Assembly: GCA_963726745.1 (NCBI GenBank)
Contig: CAVSDR010000005.1
Location: 128,001-192,000, forward strand
Direction of reading: 5' to 3'
DNA length: 64,000 bases
Source of the DNA: an uncultured Verrucomicrobiae bacterium
GTDB lineage: Bacteria > Verrucomicrobiota > Verrucomicrobiia > Chthoniobacterales > UBA10450
The notes beneath the pieces were generated by a model, which searched no databases, was not told the origin of the DNA, and saw nothing but the letters and a program-made list of their open reading frames with translations. A program made the position numbers and the translations under genes. Of this stretch, positions 1 to 9,726 are shown one piece after another. How positions within the stretch are numbered: the stretch's first letter is position 1; each line of letters begins with the position of its first letter.

Positions 1-1021
1 ACCTCGGGCGGGCCGGCGTTGATCTTCTTCGATCGGAATCAGAACCTGCTGTCCGCTCCCGAAGTGCGTCTTCAGCCGCGAATGGCGGCGGCCAACGGCT
101 CGAACAGCACTTGGACCGGCAGCGACTCCGCGAATGACATCGACACCGGGAACGGCCAGTTCTACGGCACCAGCGCGGCAGCGCCGCACGCGGCCGCAGT
201 CGCCGCGCTCGTCCTCCAGGCCAAGGGCGGCCCGGGTTCGGTCACGCCGTTGCAGATGCGCACGATGTTGCAAAACACCGCCTTCCCGCATGATCTCGAT
301 CCCTACCGCGCGAGCGGTGTGGCCCGCGCGACGAATGGCGGCAAAGTCACCGTGACCGTCCGGAGCGACACCACCGCGGTGCAGAATCGCGGCCGCAACG
401 ATCCCGATTCCTTCTCCATCAGCTACGTGGGGCCGAGTGCGATCACGTCGTTTAAATTCAATCCGAGCGGCCTTGCGTCCGAAGGCGGCGGCGTGACCAG
501 CGGGCAGAACGGCGTCGACGCGAGCAATAACTATTTCTCGACCGTGACCCCGGGGCTGTATTTCACCACCGCCACGGCCGGGGGAGCGTTTGCTTTCACG
601 CCGGGCGCCAGCACCGGTCTTCTCGCGTCGGATGCCACGGCGGCCCTGAGCAATCCAGCGCCGGCACCGGCCACGGTCACGGCCAGCCAGGGATTCACCC
701 TCACGCTGTACTTTCGTCGCGGATAGCTTCACCGGCGGCGATGTCTTTCGCTTCACCATCGGCCGCGCCCTGGCGCGCGGACCGAACGTAGCCGCCACCG
801 GCGGCGCGGTCCTGGCGCATTACAGCGCGGACCTCTTCGGCGGCGGCGTGCTCATCCCAGAGGGGACGATCATCTCTGATGGCATGCGCTTTAGCGGCAC
901 GCTGGCGGATGGCTCCACCTTCGACGGTGTGATCCGCAATCGCATCGGGGCCGGCTTCTCGCAGCTCGATGGCTTCGGCTTTGTGAATGCGGAAGCCGCG
1001 GTCTACGCGCCTGTGCCCTAA
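1..1021 (+). CDS. S8 subtilisin-like serine peptidase, C-terminal part (5' truncated by window; apparent +1 frameshift near 709)
   Basis: FYGTSAAAPHAAAVAALVLQ catalytic-Ser motif in ORF 19..726; removing one base near 709 continues the frame to ...DGFGFVNAEAAVYAPVP with TAA at 1019-1021. Confidence 0.8.
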
Positions 1022-1045
1022 AGAATCGGTCCAGGCAGAAATCGG

Positions 1046-1086
1046 AACGGCAGGCCCGGGTTTCCCGGCCTGCCGTTTTCTTTTTT
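1046..1086 (+). terminator. Intrinsic terminator
   Basis: Hairpin aacggcaggcc(c)ggg/ccggcctgccgtt followed by a T-rich run. Confidence 0.8.
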
Positions 1087-1366
1087 CCCGGTCGCGAGCG
1101 CGGGGACAGGAAAAAATTAGCCGACATTCTCACCCTGAGCGGAACCCGGTGTGTGTGGTCTGGGCGCCCAGGGTTTTCGAATCGATTGAAGAGGCCTTTA
1201 CGATGGTAAATAACTTTTTCTCGAAAAAAGTGCTTGCCGGGTTGGAGCAGAATTCCTTACAACCCCGGTTCGCCTCGGTGACAAAAAAGTAATACGGAAC
1301 GTCTTCGTTCCTGCGCTTCTAAAGGCGGCAAACCACCAGTCCCTAAAAACCCCATCATCGACATCC

Positions 1367-4300
1367 ATGATTAAAACAAAAACCCTTCTGCCCTTGGCTG
1401 CCCTCGCAACAGCCGCCCTGGGTTCATTGTCCTTCGCCCTGGCGCAGGCACCTTCCGCTGCCCAGCCTGCCGCCGCCGCTCCCGTGGCAAGCACGGAGGC
1501 CTCCTCCGAAGGGGAGAACTTGCGGGCTTATTTCGTCGAGATGACGGCGCCCGCCGCCGCCGCCACTTTCTCTTCAAACTACCAACGCTATGCCGCGGAA
1601 TCGCGTCTCCTGCGCGGCAACGCCGCCGCCCGTGCGCAAGCCGCGACCGAGCGGGCTGCCTCCGAGGCGACCCAGCAGGCTTGGACGAACGAAAACGCGC
1701 AGCGGGCCTTGCTGAATAATCTTAGCGCTCCGGGTCTCGGTGTGAAGGTCCTCTATCGCGCGCAGACCGCTCTCAATGGCATCGCGGTGATGGCTCGCCC
1801 TGATCAGGTCGCGGCCCTCGAGAAACTTCCCGGCGTGCAGCGGGTCATCGAAGTGGTCCCGATGAAAATGGATGCGGTCAGCAGCCTCAACTTTGTGGGC
1901 ACGCGCAACTTCTGGAACACTTCAGGAATCAACGCCCACGGCGAAGGCGTCGGCGTAGGGGTGATCGATACCGGCATCGACTTCGTCCACACCGGCAACG
2001 CCGGCCCCGGCGGCAGCGGCTATGCGACCGGCGTCACCTCGGTTGGCGGCGGCACCCCCGCGACGACTTTCCCGACTTCGAAAGTGGTCTGGGGTTACGA
2101 CCTCGTGGGCGATGCCTACTCCGGCACAAACTCTCCCGTGCCCGACCCGAACCCGATGGACACGAACGGTCACGGCACCGCTTGCGCGAGCTTGATCGCC
2201 GGTTTCGGCGTGAACAGCGACGGCACCACCTACACCGGTTCCTACACTTCGGTCGTTCCCGATATTTCGACCCTTCGGATTTCGCCCGGCTTCGCCCCGC
2301 AGGCTTCCCTCTTCGCCTTCCGCGTCTTCGGCACCAGCGGCTCGACCAACGTCAGCTCGCAGGCGATCGACATCGCGACCGCGCTCCGTCTCTGGCAGCT
2401 CTCGCCTGATGGCACGGCGCTCCCGCCAGCCATCAGCAACCTGAGCCCCGCGGCGGTGGCACCTCCGCGCACCCCTGTGCTTTCGGTGATCAACATGTCC
2501 CTCGGCTCCGGCAACGGCCAGGCCTCGGCTTACAACGACGGCACCGTGGCGGTGCAGAATGCCGCCGCCGCCGGTCTCTCGATGATCATCTCGGCGGGTA
2601 ATTCCTATGACAACATCTACGTGGTCGGCAGCCCGAGTGTCGCCACCGGCTCCATTTCCGTAGCCGCGACCTTTAACGACAAGCAGCCTGGCGCCACGGC
2701 CAACGCGCCGGCCAATGGCAGCCAGCCGCCGCTGAACGTCGCCATGCAGATCGGCGCCGCCGCCGCCGCCATCACCAGCGCCCCGAACGACCTGCCCCCG
2801 ACCGCGGCGCGCTACGCCAATCCTCCTCTGGGCGACTTCCAGCACACTGCCGGCACCAGCCTCGCGGCCACGCTGACCGCTGCGCTCAAAAATGACGCAG
2901 GTGAACCTGTGACCGACGCGAGCGGCAATCCGATTGCCGGCGTTTCGAATCCTTATCCGGGCAAGGTCGTCCTGATCGATCGTGGCGTGGTCGGTTTCCA
3001 TCAGAAAGCTCTCGCCGCTGCCCGTGCGGGCGCTGCCGCGGTGGTCATCGTGAACAACCGTCCCGGTTCTGCCCCCGGCATGGCCGCAGCCGCCGGTTTC
3101 CCCGTGCTCTCGATTCCAGTCGTGAGCGTAACCGACGTGGATGGCGCTCTGATGAGCAATACCGGCGTGGCTAACGTCCCGCCCGCGCGTCCAGGCTTGA
3201 CTATCGGCCTGCAGCCGGAAAACCCGGCCAATGCCGATGAAGTTACCGGCTATTCCTCCCGCGGTCCGCGGCGGCTGGACAACCGGCTGAAGCCCGACAT
3301 GGCGGCGCCGGCCGAAAACGTGACCGTGAATGTCGCCACCACCGGTAACGGCGTGGGCAGCTTCAACGGCACCTCCTCCGCCGCTCCCCACGTCTCCGGC
3401 GCGATGACGTTGCTCCGGCAGTTGACCAATTCCGGCGGCACCACGCCGGCTTGGACGATGGAAGAGCTCAAGGCGTTGATTATGAACTCGGCCACGGGCA
3501 ATCCGCTCCTCGGTGGCGCCAATGGCACCATCCGCTACGGCCTCTCCCGCGTGGGCGTGGGTCGGTTGAACCTGGCCCCGGCCGGCGGCATGCCGACCGC
3601 AGTGGCGATGAGCACCGATGCCGACTTCCCGGTGAGCATTTCTTTCGGCTCCGTGGAAGTGCCGGTCGCGGAGACGGTCACGATCGACAAGACCTTCAAG
3701 GTGGTCGACAAGGGCCCGGTCCCGCTGTCGCAGAAAGGGGTCGCCTCCATGCGCACCTTTAACCTCTCATTCGACACCGTGAACGCGGTCCCCGGAGTCT
3801 CGTTCTCCTTCCCGGACGGCCCGACCATCGACGTCCCGGCTGGTGGCTCCGCCACCGCCCGCGTCCGCATTACCGCGGTCGGCAGCCTGCTGCGCCATGT
3901 GCGTGAAGCCGCGACTACGGCCACGCAGGTGTTTGCCCTCGGCCCTCCGGCCACGCTTCTGCCGCGCACCTTCCTCACGGAAGCAGGCGGCAACATCATC
4001 CTCACGGAATCGGGTGGAGCGGGGAATCAAATGCGCCTCTCGGTGCATGCCTTGCCGCGGCCGAACTCGAGCTTGAGCGTCACGCCGGCCTCGTTGGTGC
4101 TGCCGGCGACTTCCGCCTCGCAAGTCCTGACCTTTGCGGGCAACGGAATCGATACCGGCAACAACCTCGACACCGTGGCCAACTCGACCGCAGACATCAA
4201 ATCGCACGCCAAGGCGTTCGAGTTGCAATACGACAAGCCATCGGTGCAAAGCGATCCGCTCTTCAAGACGGCCGAGATCACGAAGGTGGGTGTGACCAGC

Positions 4301-5476
4301 GACTTTGCGCGCCGCACCCTTCCGTTCGATACCGCGACCACAAACAACCAGAGTGCGGTGGTGGTCTTCGCGGTCGCGACCGCGGCGGACTACAACACCC
4401 CGAGCAGCTCGGGGCCGGACATTCAGATCTTGGTCGACCGGAATGGGGACTTCGTGGAAGACATCACCGTGCGCAGCTTTGCCTGGAACGATCCCAGCCA
4501 GGGCACGGGCACGTTTGGCTCGAACATGTTCCTCAGCGTCACCAACCCCTTCGGGTCGGGCACGCTCACGACGACCGGATTCTTTACCAACATCCTCGTC
4601 GGCCGCGCGATGAACACGTTGAACAACAACACCATGATGTTGCCGGTTAATGCCCAGCGCCTCGGCCTCACGGCCGCGGCGTCGCGCATCAATTATAAGG
4701 TGAAAAGTTCGTTCTACTTTGGCACCTACAACTCGGAAACCCCGTGGATGACCTACGACCTGGCGAAGCCGGGCGTGGACGCCTCCGTGGCGGTGGCAAA
4801 CGAGCCCTTCGTCTTGAATGCCATCGGCGGCAGCAGCACTTCGGCCACGATCAACACCCCGCAATACAACGGGAACCGGTCGCTCGGCGTGATGATGCTC
4901 TATCCGTGGAATGCGCCGGCTAATCGCGTGCAAACCGTCCGCGCTCCGGCGCAGTTGCTCGAGGTGGTCTCGCGCCGTCCGGGTGCAGGCACGCCGGAAC
5001 GCGTCTTTTCACTCGCGAACCCTGTGGGCGTGGAGAGCCGTCGAGGGGCGAACTTCAACACCAGCGTGAACCCGAACACCGGCGACTACACGGTAGCTTT
5101 CCGGTTCAACAGCCCGGTTACGCAGGGCACATGCACCATCCAATCGGGTGTGGCCACCGTGGGAGCGATCACGTTTAACGGGAACGACATGATCGTGCCG
5201 CTTACCGGGGTGAACGACAAGCAACTCATCACCTTCAGCCTCACTGGCCTGGTCGACAACCAGGGCAATCCGCTGCCTAACTTGCAGCCGCAACTTGGGT
5301 TCCTTGTGGGCGACATCAATGGCGACGGCACGGTCGACGTCGGCGATTCCATTCTCGTCCGGAATGACGCCGGGAAAACCGCCGCGCAAGCGCCGGCTAG
5401 CGACGTAAACGGTGACGGCACCGTGAACTCTGGCGACGCCATCATCGTGCGCGGTGCCTCGGGGAACGCGTTCTAA
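1367..5476 (+). CDS. Secreted S8 subtilase with I9-like prodomain, PA domain, C-terminal Ig-like module and dockerin
   Basis: Signal peptide; triad motifs VGVIDTGID, HGTACAS, NGTSSAAPHVSG; PA motif GKVVLIDRG...GAAAVVIVNN; duplicated Ca-loops GDINGDGTVDVGD and SDVNGDGTVNSGD. Confidence 0.92.
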   Translation: MIKTKTLLPLAALATAALGSLSFALAQAPSAAQPAAAAPVASTEASSEGENLRAYFVEMTAPAAAATFSSNYQRYAAESRLLRGNAAARAQAATERAASEATQQAWTNENAQRALLNNLSAPGLGVKVLYRAQTALNGIAVMARPDQVAALEKLPGVQRVIEVVPMKMDAVSSLNFVGTRNFWNTSGINAHGEGVGVGVIDTGIDFVHTGNAGPGGSGYATGVTSVGGGTPATTFPTSKVVWGYDLVGDAYSGTNSPVPDPNPMDTNGHGTACASLIAGFGVNSDGTTYTGSYTSVVPDISTLRISPGFAPQASLFAFRVFGTSGSTNVSSQAIDIATALRLWQLSPDGTALPPAISNLSPAAVAPPRTPVLSVINMSLGSGNGQASAYNDGTVAVQNAAAAGLSMIISAGNSYDNIYVVGSPSVATGSISVAATFNDKQPGATANAPANGSQPPLNVAMQIGAAAAAITSAPNDLPPTAARYANPPLGDFQHTAGTSLAATLTAALKNDAGEPVTDASGNPIAGVSNPYPGKVVLIDRGVVGFHQKALAAARAGAAAVVIVNNRPGSAPGMAAAAGFPVLSIPVVSVTDVDGALMSNTGVANVPPARPGLTIGLQPENPANADEVTGYSSRGPRRLDNRLKPDMAAPAENVTVNVATTGNGVGSFNGTSSAAPHVSGAMTLLRQLTNSGGTTPAWTMEELKALIMNSATGNPLLGGANGTIRYGLSRVGVGRLNLAPAGGMPTAVAMSTDADFPVSISFGSVEVPVAETVTIDKTFKVVDKGPVPLSQKGVASMRTFNLSFDTVNAVPGVSFSFPDGPTIDVPAGGSATARVRITAVGSLLRHVREAATTATQVFALGPPATLLPRTFLTEAGGNIILTESGGAGNQMRLSVHALPRPNSSLSVTPASLVLPATSASQVLTFAGNGIDTGNNLDTVANSTADIKSHAKAFELQYDKPSVQSDPLFKTAEITKVGVTSDFARRTLPFDTATTNNQSAVVVFAVATAADYNTPSSSGPDIQILVDRNGDFVEDITVRSFAWNDPSQGTGTFGSNMFLSVTNPFGSGTLTTTGFFTNILVGRAMNTLNNNTMMLPVNAQRLGLTAAASRINYKVKSSFYFGTYNSETPWMTYDLAKPGVDASVAVANEPFVLNAIGGSSTSATINTPQYNGNRSLGVMMLYPWNAPANRVQTVRAPAQLLEVVSRRPGAGTPERVFSLANPVGVESRRGANFNTSVNPNTGDYTVAFRFNSPVTQGTCTIQSGVATVGAITFNGNDMIVPLTGVNDKQLITFSLTGLVDNQGNPLPNLQPQLGFLVGDINGDGTVDVGDSILVRNDAGKTAAQAPASDVNGDGTVNSGDAIIVRGASGNAF

Positions 5477-5497
5477 GCGGCGCCCAAAACGCAGTCT

Positions 5498-5538
5498 AAC
5501 GAGCGGCTCCAGCAGCGTTGCTGGAGCCGTTTTCGTTT
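5498..5538 (+). terminator. Stem-loop / probable terminator after subtilase gene
   Basis: gcggctccagca / tgctggagccgt inverted repeat followed by tttcgttt. Confidence 0.7.
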
Positions 5539-5686
5539 CTGAGGGGGGGGCGCTGGGGGTGCAAAGACGTCGATGACGAAAATATAATGACGGTTTCGCT
5601 GGGTCTTTATCGGGAAGACCAGTAACTAGTGCTCCGGCTGGCGCGTCACGCCACCATAAAAGCCCAACCTAGCAATACCTACGTCT

Positions 5687-8600
5687 ATGATTCCACGCTT
5701 CCGTCCTCTTCTCTCGCTGCGCCTCGTTGCGGCGGGGATTGTTTTCACTCTATCCGCAGGACTGGCTTCGGCCGTTCCGTGGGCACCAGGCGAACGCGAA
5801 GGGGATGAATTCCACGAAACCCCGGCGGAGAAGTTTGTCGAAAACCTCCCGGCAAGTGACGCGCTCCTCCCCGCGCCGCAGCCCAAGAGCGTGCCGGCTA
5901 TTTCTCGAGCGGTTCGCAAGACCAACCTCGTTAATTTGGACTGGACGGCGATCGGGCCGTTCCCGATTCCGAATGGCCAGACGATTGGACGCCAGGATCC
6001 GGTAAGCGGACGTGCGACTGCCATCGCGATCCATCCCACGAATGAAAACATCATGTATTTGGGCACGGCCCAAGGCGGTCTTTATCGGACGCTCGACGGC
6101 GGCGCGACCTGGACGCAATTGATGGACGCCGCCACCGCCGGCCCTGTGGGCACGCCTCTGGCCATCGGCGCGGTCACGATCGATCCCACCGACCCGACCA
6201 CGGTTATCGTCGGCACCGGCGAAGGAAACCTTTCCGCCGACAGTTATTTTGGCAGCGGCCTTTACACCGTCACCGGAGCGGATGGCTCCAACCCCGTGGT
6301 GAACGGCCCCTTCAACGCGTCCGCCGGTGAAACGGGCGTGGCCGCTGGCACCGATCTCTTTACGGGCCGCTCGATCGTGGCCATCGCGGTGGATCCGACG
6401 AACCACAACAACGTCTTCATCTCCACTTCTTCGGGTGTCGGCGGTATCCGGGGCACGGCCTATAGCGTCCTGCCTCGCCGCGGTCTCTATCGCTCCACGA
6501 ATCTCTTTTCTGCCTCACCTACCTGGACTCGTTTACAAATCACGGGCACGACGAGCACCAACACCATCTCCACCTCGCTGGTGATGGATCCGGCGAACGC
6601 GAATAACCTCGTGGTGGCCTATTACAGCCAGGCCGGGACCGACCCGACGGGTATTTACCGCACGACGAACGCGCTCGACCCTGTGCCCACCTTCACGCAG
6701 TCGCTCGCGCTGCCGAACTTCATCAACTGCAAGCTCGCCATCCAGCGCGCGACAGACGGCACCGTGACGGTCTACGCCACGGCCGACCAAAGCTCGGGCA
6801 CGCTCTACAAGTCGGTCAATGGCGGCGCGACCTTTGTGAACAAGCCGGGCGCCAATGGTTTCGCCGGCGGTCAGGGCTTCTACGATCTCTCCGTGGGCGT
6901 GGACCCAAACAACGCCAACAACGTGAGCGTGGGCGGCCAGGCGGGCCAAAACACCTTCAAGCGTTCCCAAGACGGAGCGAACACTTTCACTGTAGACACA
7001 GCTGGCACCTCCATCACTGTCGGGTTGCACGCGGACGTTCACGCGATCCGCTACGCTCCTTCGAACGGAAACGTGATCTATCACGCGAATGACGGTGGTG
7101 TTTGGCGCTCCGGGGACGGCGGCAGCAACTGGGTTTCGAAGAACACCGCTGGCCTCAGCGCGACGCAGTTTTCCGATCTCGCGATTCACCCGACGGACGC
7201 GAAATTTTCCATCGGCGGCACGCAAGACAACGGCACCGAGCAGCTCCGCGCAGACGGCACTTTCACCCGCGTCGACTTTGGCGACGGCGGCTTCTCCCTG
7301 ATCGACCAGAACGCCACCGACACGACCAACGTGGTGCAGTATCACACCTACTATAACCAGACGGCGAATCTGATCGGCACTGGTCGCATTCTCACCAACG
7401 CTTGCGCTTCTGAAGGCCAATGGAGCTTCCATGGCATTTACGGCGGCGCGGTTGACCCCACGCCGTATTGCGACGGCAGCACCGATACTTTTAACGGTAT
7501 CGCCCTCACGGACGCGACCAACTTTTACGCGCCGCAGGTCCTCGGGCCGGGCAATCCGAACACCTGGTATTTCGGCACCGATAAGCTCTACCGCTCGATC
7601 AATCGTGCGGATACGGCCACGGTCGCGAGCCAATTGCTCGACCAGACCACAGCAGGCACACCGCCGACGGGCACCCCGGTGAGCGCGATCGCGATCTCGC
7701 CGCAAGACGATAACGTTCGCCTGGTCGGCTTGAACAACGGCAAGATTTTCGCGACCACCATCGGCAGCCCGACGATGCTGCAGATCGCCGGCACCGGTGC
7801 GACCAATGGACCCACGAACACGCCAGCGGTGGCGGTGGGGCGCATCGCGATCGATCCGAACAACAAGAATGTCGCCTATTTCGCCTTCGGCGGCTACGGC
7901 ACCCCGGCCGCTCCGCTCTCGCATGTCTACAAAGTGACTAACCTCGACGCGTTGAGCGCCACCCCTCCCGGCGTGCTCGTCTTCACGGCCGTCTCTTCAG
8001 GCCTCCCGGATGTCCCGGCAAACGCCCTCGCGATTGATCCCCAGAGCGGGTCGAATAGCGCCAGTTCGAGCGACATTTATGTCGGCACCGACCTCGGCGT
8101 TTACAAAACCACCAACGGTGGCACCGGTTGGACCCGCTACGGCACCAGCATGCCGCGCGTGGCAGTCTTCGGATTGCAGATCCAGAATCCGAATCGCCTC
8201 ATCCGCGCAGCGACCCATGGTCGCGGCATGTATGACGCCTCCATCATCGCGTCGTCCCTGCAGGCGCCCGTGCTCTCCAGCGTGGTTTCGCGAAAGACCC
8301 ACGGCTCTGCCGGCACCTTCGACATCAACATGCCGCTTACCGGTCCTGCCGGCATCGAGCCGCGCAAGGGCGCGCAGGGCTTGAACACGCCGGGAGACTT
8401 CACCATCGTCTGCCGCTTCACCAATGCCATCTCCAGCCTGCAAGCTCAGGTGACCACGGGCACCGGCACGGTGAACAGCATCGTCTACCAAGGGAACGAT
8501 GTGATCGTAAACCTGACCGGCGTCACCGACGTCCAGGTCCTCACCTTAACCCTGAGCAATGTCACCGATTCCAACGGCAACACCTTGCTCTCTGCCTCGG

Positions 8601-8797
8601 TCAAGCTTGGGTTCAATATGGGAGATACCACCGGCAATGGAGTCGTCGACGTCGGCGACGCCGCGCAAACGAGAAATAATTCTGGTATTGCGACAACCAT
8701 CTCGAACTTCCGCACCGATGTGAATGTCGACGGCACGATCAACGGCGGCGACGTATTGATCGTCCGGCAGAAATCAGGCAACAGCATTATGCCTTGA
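5687..8797 (+). CDS. Secreted BNR/Asp-box beta-propeller protein (VPS10/GH74-like fold) with C-terminal Ig-like module and dockerin
   Basis: Signal peptide; WTAIGP...SGRATAIAIHP start; Asp-boxes RTLDGGATW, KSVNGGATF, RSGDGGSNW, KTTNGGTGW; VSRKTHGSAGTFDI module; GDTTGNGVVDVGD and TDVNVDGTINGGD. Confidence 0.85.
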   Translation: MIPRFRPLLSLRLVAAGIVFTLSAGLASAVPWAPGEREGDEFHETPAEKFVENLPASDALLPAPQPKSVPAISRAVRKTNLVNLDWTAIGPFPIPNGQTIGRQDPVSGRATAIAIHPTNENIMYLGTAQGGLYRTLDGGATWTQLMDAATAGPVGTPLAIGAVTIDPTDPTTVIVGTGEGNLSADSYFGSGLYTVTGADGSNPVVNGPFNASAGETGVAAGTDLFTGRSIVAIAVDPTNHNNVFISTSSGVGGIRGTAYSVLPRRGLYRSTNLFSASPTWTRLQITGTTSTNTISTSLVMDPANANNLVVAYYSQAGTDPTGIYRTTNALDPVPTFTQSLALPNFINCKLAIQRATDGTVTVYATADQSSGTLYKSVNGGATFVNKPGANGFAGGQGFYDLSVGVDPNNANNVSVGGQAGQNTFKRSQDGANTFTVDTAGTSITVGLHADVHAIRYAPSNGNVIYHANDGGVWRSGDGGSNWVSKNTAGLSATQFSDLAIHPTDAKFSIGGTQDNGTEQLRADGTFTRVDFGDGGFSLIDQNATDTTNVVQYHTYYNQTANLIGTGRILTNACASEGQWSFHGIYGGAVDPTPYCDGSTDTFNGIALTDATNFYAPQVLGPGNPNTWYFGTDKLYRSINRADTATVASQLLDQTTAGTPPTGTPVSAIAISPQDDNVRLVGLNNGKIFATTIGSPTMLQIAGTGATNGPTNTPAVAVGRIAIDPNNKNVAYFAFGGYGTPAAPLSHVYKVTNLDALSATPPGVLVFTAVSSGLPDVPANALAIDPQSGSNSASSSDIYVGTDLGVYKTTNGGTGWTRYGTSMPRVAVFGLQIQNPNRLIRAATHGRGMYDASIIASSLQAPVLSSVVSRKTHGSAGTFDINMPLTGPAGIEPRKGAQGLNTPGDFTIVCRFTNAISSLQAQVTTGTGTVNSIVYQGNDVIVNLTGVTDVQVLTLTLSNVTDSNGNTLLSASVKLGFNMGDTTGNGVVDVGDAAQTRNNSGIATTISNFRTDVNVDGTINGGDVLIVRQKSGNSIMP

Positions 8798-8816
8798 TTT
8801 CGCCCAAATAAAGTCG

Positions 8817-8865
8817 AACCGGGTCGAGCCCGAAAAATATTATAAAATCGGGCTCGACATCGGTT
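8817..8865. repeat. Inverted repeat with AT-only loop
   Basis: gtcgagcccga (8823-8833) / tcgggctcgac (8848-8858), perfect 11-bp stem around aaaatattataaaa. Confidence 0.85.
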
Positions 8866-8913
8866 TAGCGAAATCCTAGAAAACTCGAAATCACTGCAAC
8901 CCCGCACGCACCC

Positions 8914-9591
8914 ATGAAAAAAACTCTCCTTCTTTCCGCTCTCGCTTTCGCGAGCGTCTGTCTCACTGCCGTATCCAGCTTCGCGCAAACCGCGTCGTTC
9001 GTTTATACCGGAGTACCCAGCGGGCCTTTGGCTCCGGGATCGTCCTTCACCATCGGCATCAGTGTGGTCTTCGCCGCCGGCGGCACCGTGACGGACGTCA
9101 ACGGCCTATCTTATTGGTTCGCCCAAACTAACCCAACGAGCAGCTATCCCTTCTCGATCACAAATCGCAATGTTGGCGCGAGTGCGTTCAATCAGCTCCA
9201 GACCCCTGGGTTGACTTATCCGCAGATCATCGATCCGATCAATCGCAACTCGAATGGCACAACCAACCAAACGGATTTGGGCGCTCTCTCGCAGGACCCT
9301 CAGGGCACTCCTGGCAATCGTAATGGCACCTTCTTCGTCGGGAATTTGACCTTCCAAATCTCCGGCACCGCCGCTGCGACAACTTACACCCTTGGGAACA
9401 CCAGCACCGGGACTCCTCCTGGGGTGGGTGGCCGCGTTTCCGTTGTGACCGACAGCAACGGCAACACTGCGCCGATCGCGTTCTCGCCTTTCAACGTCAC
9501 GGTCGTGCCAGAGCCGAGCACCTACGCGCTGCTCGCGTTTGCCGGCCTCGGCCTGGTTGTGGTGGCCTATCGCCGCCGCGCGAACGCCTAA
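8914..9591 (+). CDS. PEP-CTERM sorting-domain protein with a possible cohesin-like domain
   Basis: Signal peptide; C-terminus VPEPSTYALLAFAGLGLVVVAYRRR (PEP, TM helix, basic tail); body has a beta-sandwich-like pattern. Confidence 0.9.
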   Translation: MKKTLLLSALAFASVCLTAVSSFAQTASFVYTGVPSGPLAPGSSFTIGISVVFAAGGTVTDVNGLSYWFAQTNPTSSYPFSITNRNVGASAFNQLQTPGLTYPQIIDPINRNSNGTTNQTDLGALSQDPQGTPGNRNGTFFVGNLTFQISGTAAATTYTLGNTSTGTPPGVGGRVSVVTDSNGNTAPIAFSPFNVTVVPEPSTYALLAFAGLGLVVVAYRRRANA

Positions 9592-9612
9592 GCGTTTAGC
9601 CAAGTTTCCAGC

Positions 9613-9646
9613 ACAGCCCCGGTAGTTCGTCTGCCGGGGCTGTCTT
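9613..9646 (+). terminator. Stem-loop / probable terminator
   Basis: acagccccggtag / ctgccggggctgt. Confidence 0.7.
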
Positions 9647-9667
9647 GCGTACCGGCCCGAGCAGCGG

Positions 9668-9696
9668 TTGACGGCTTCGCTTCGCGCAGCCATATT
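9668..9696 (+). promoter_or_regulatory. Putative sigma70 promoter of typA
   Basis: TTGACG-N17-CATATT, 30 nt upstream of the ATG. Confidence 0.55.
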
Positions 9697-9726
9697 CCGC
9701 GCCCCTCATTCGAGGGGACTCGTCTC

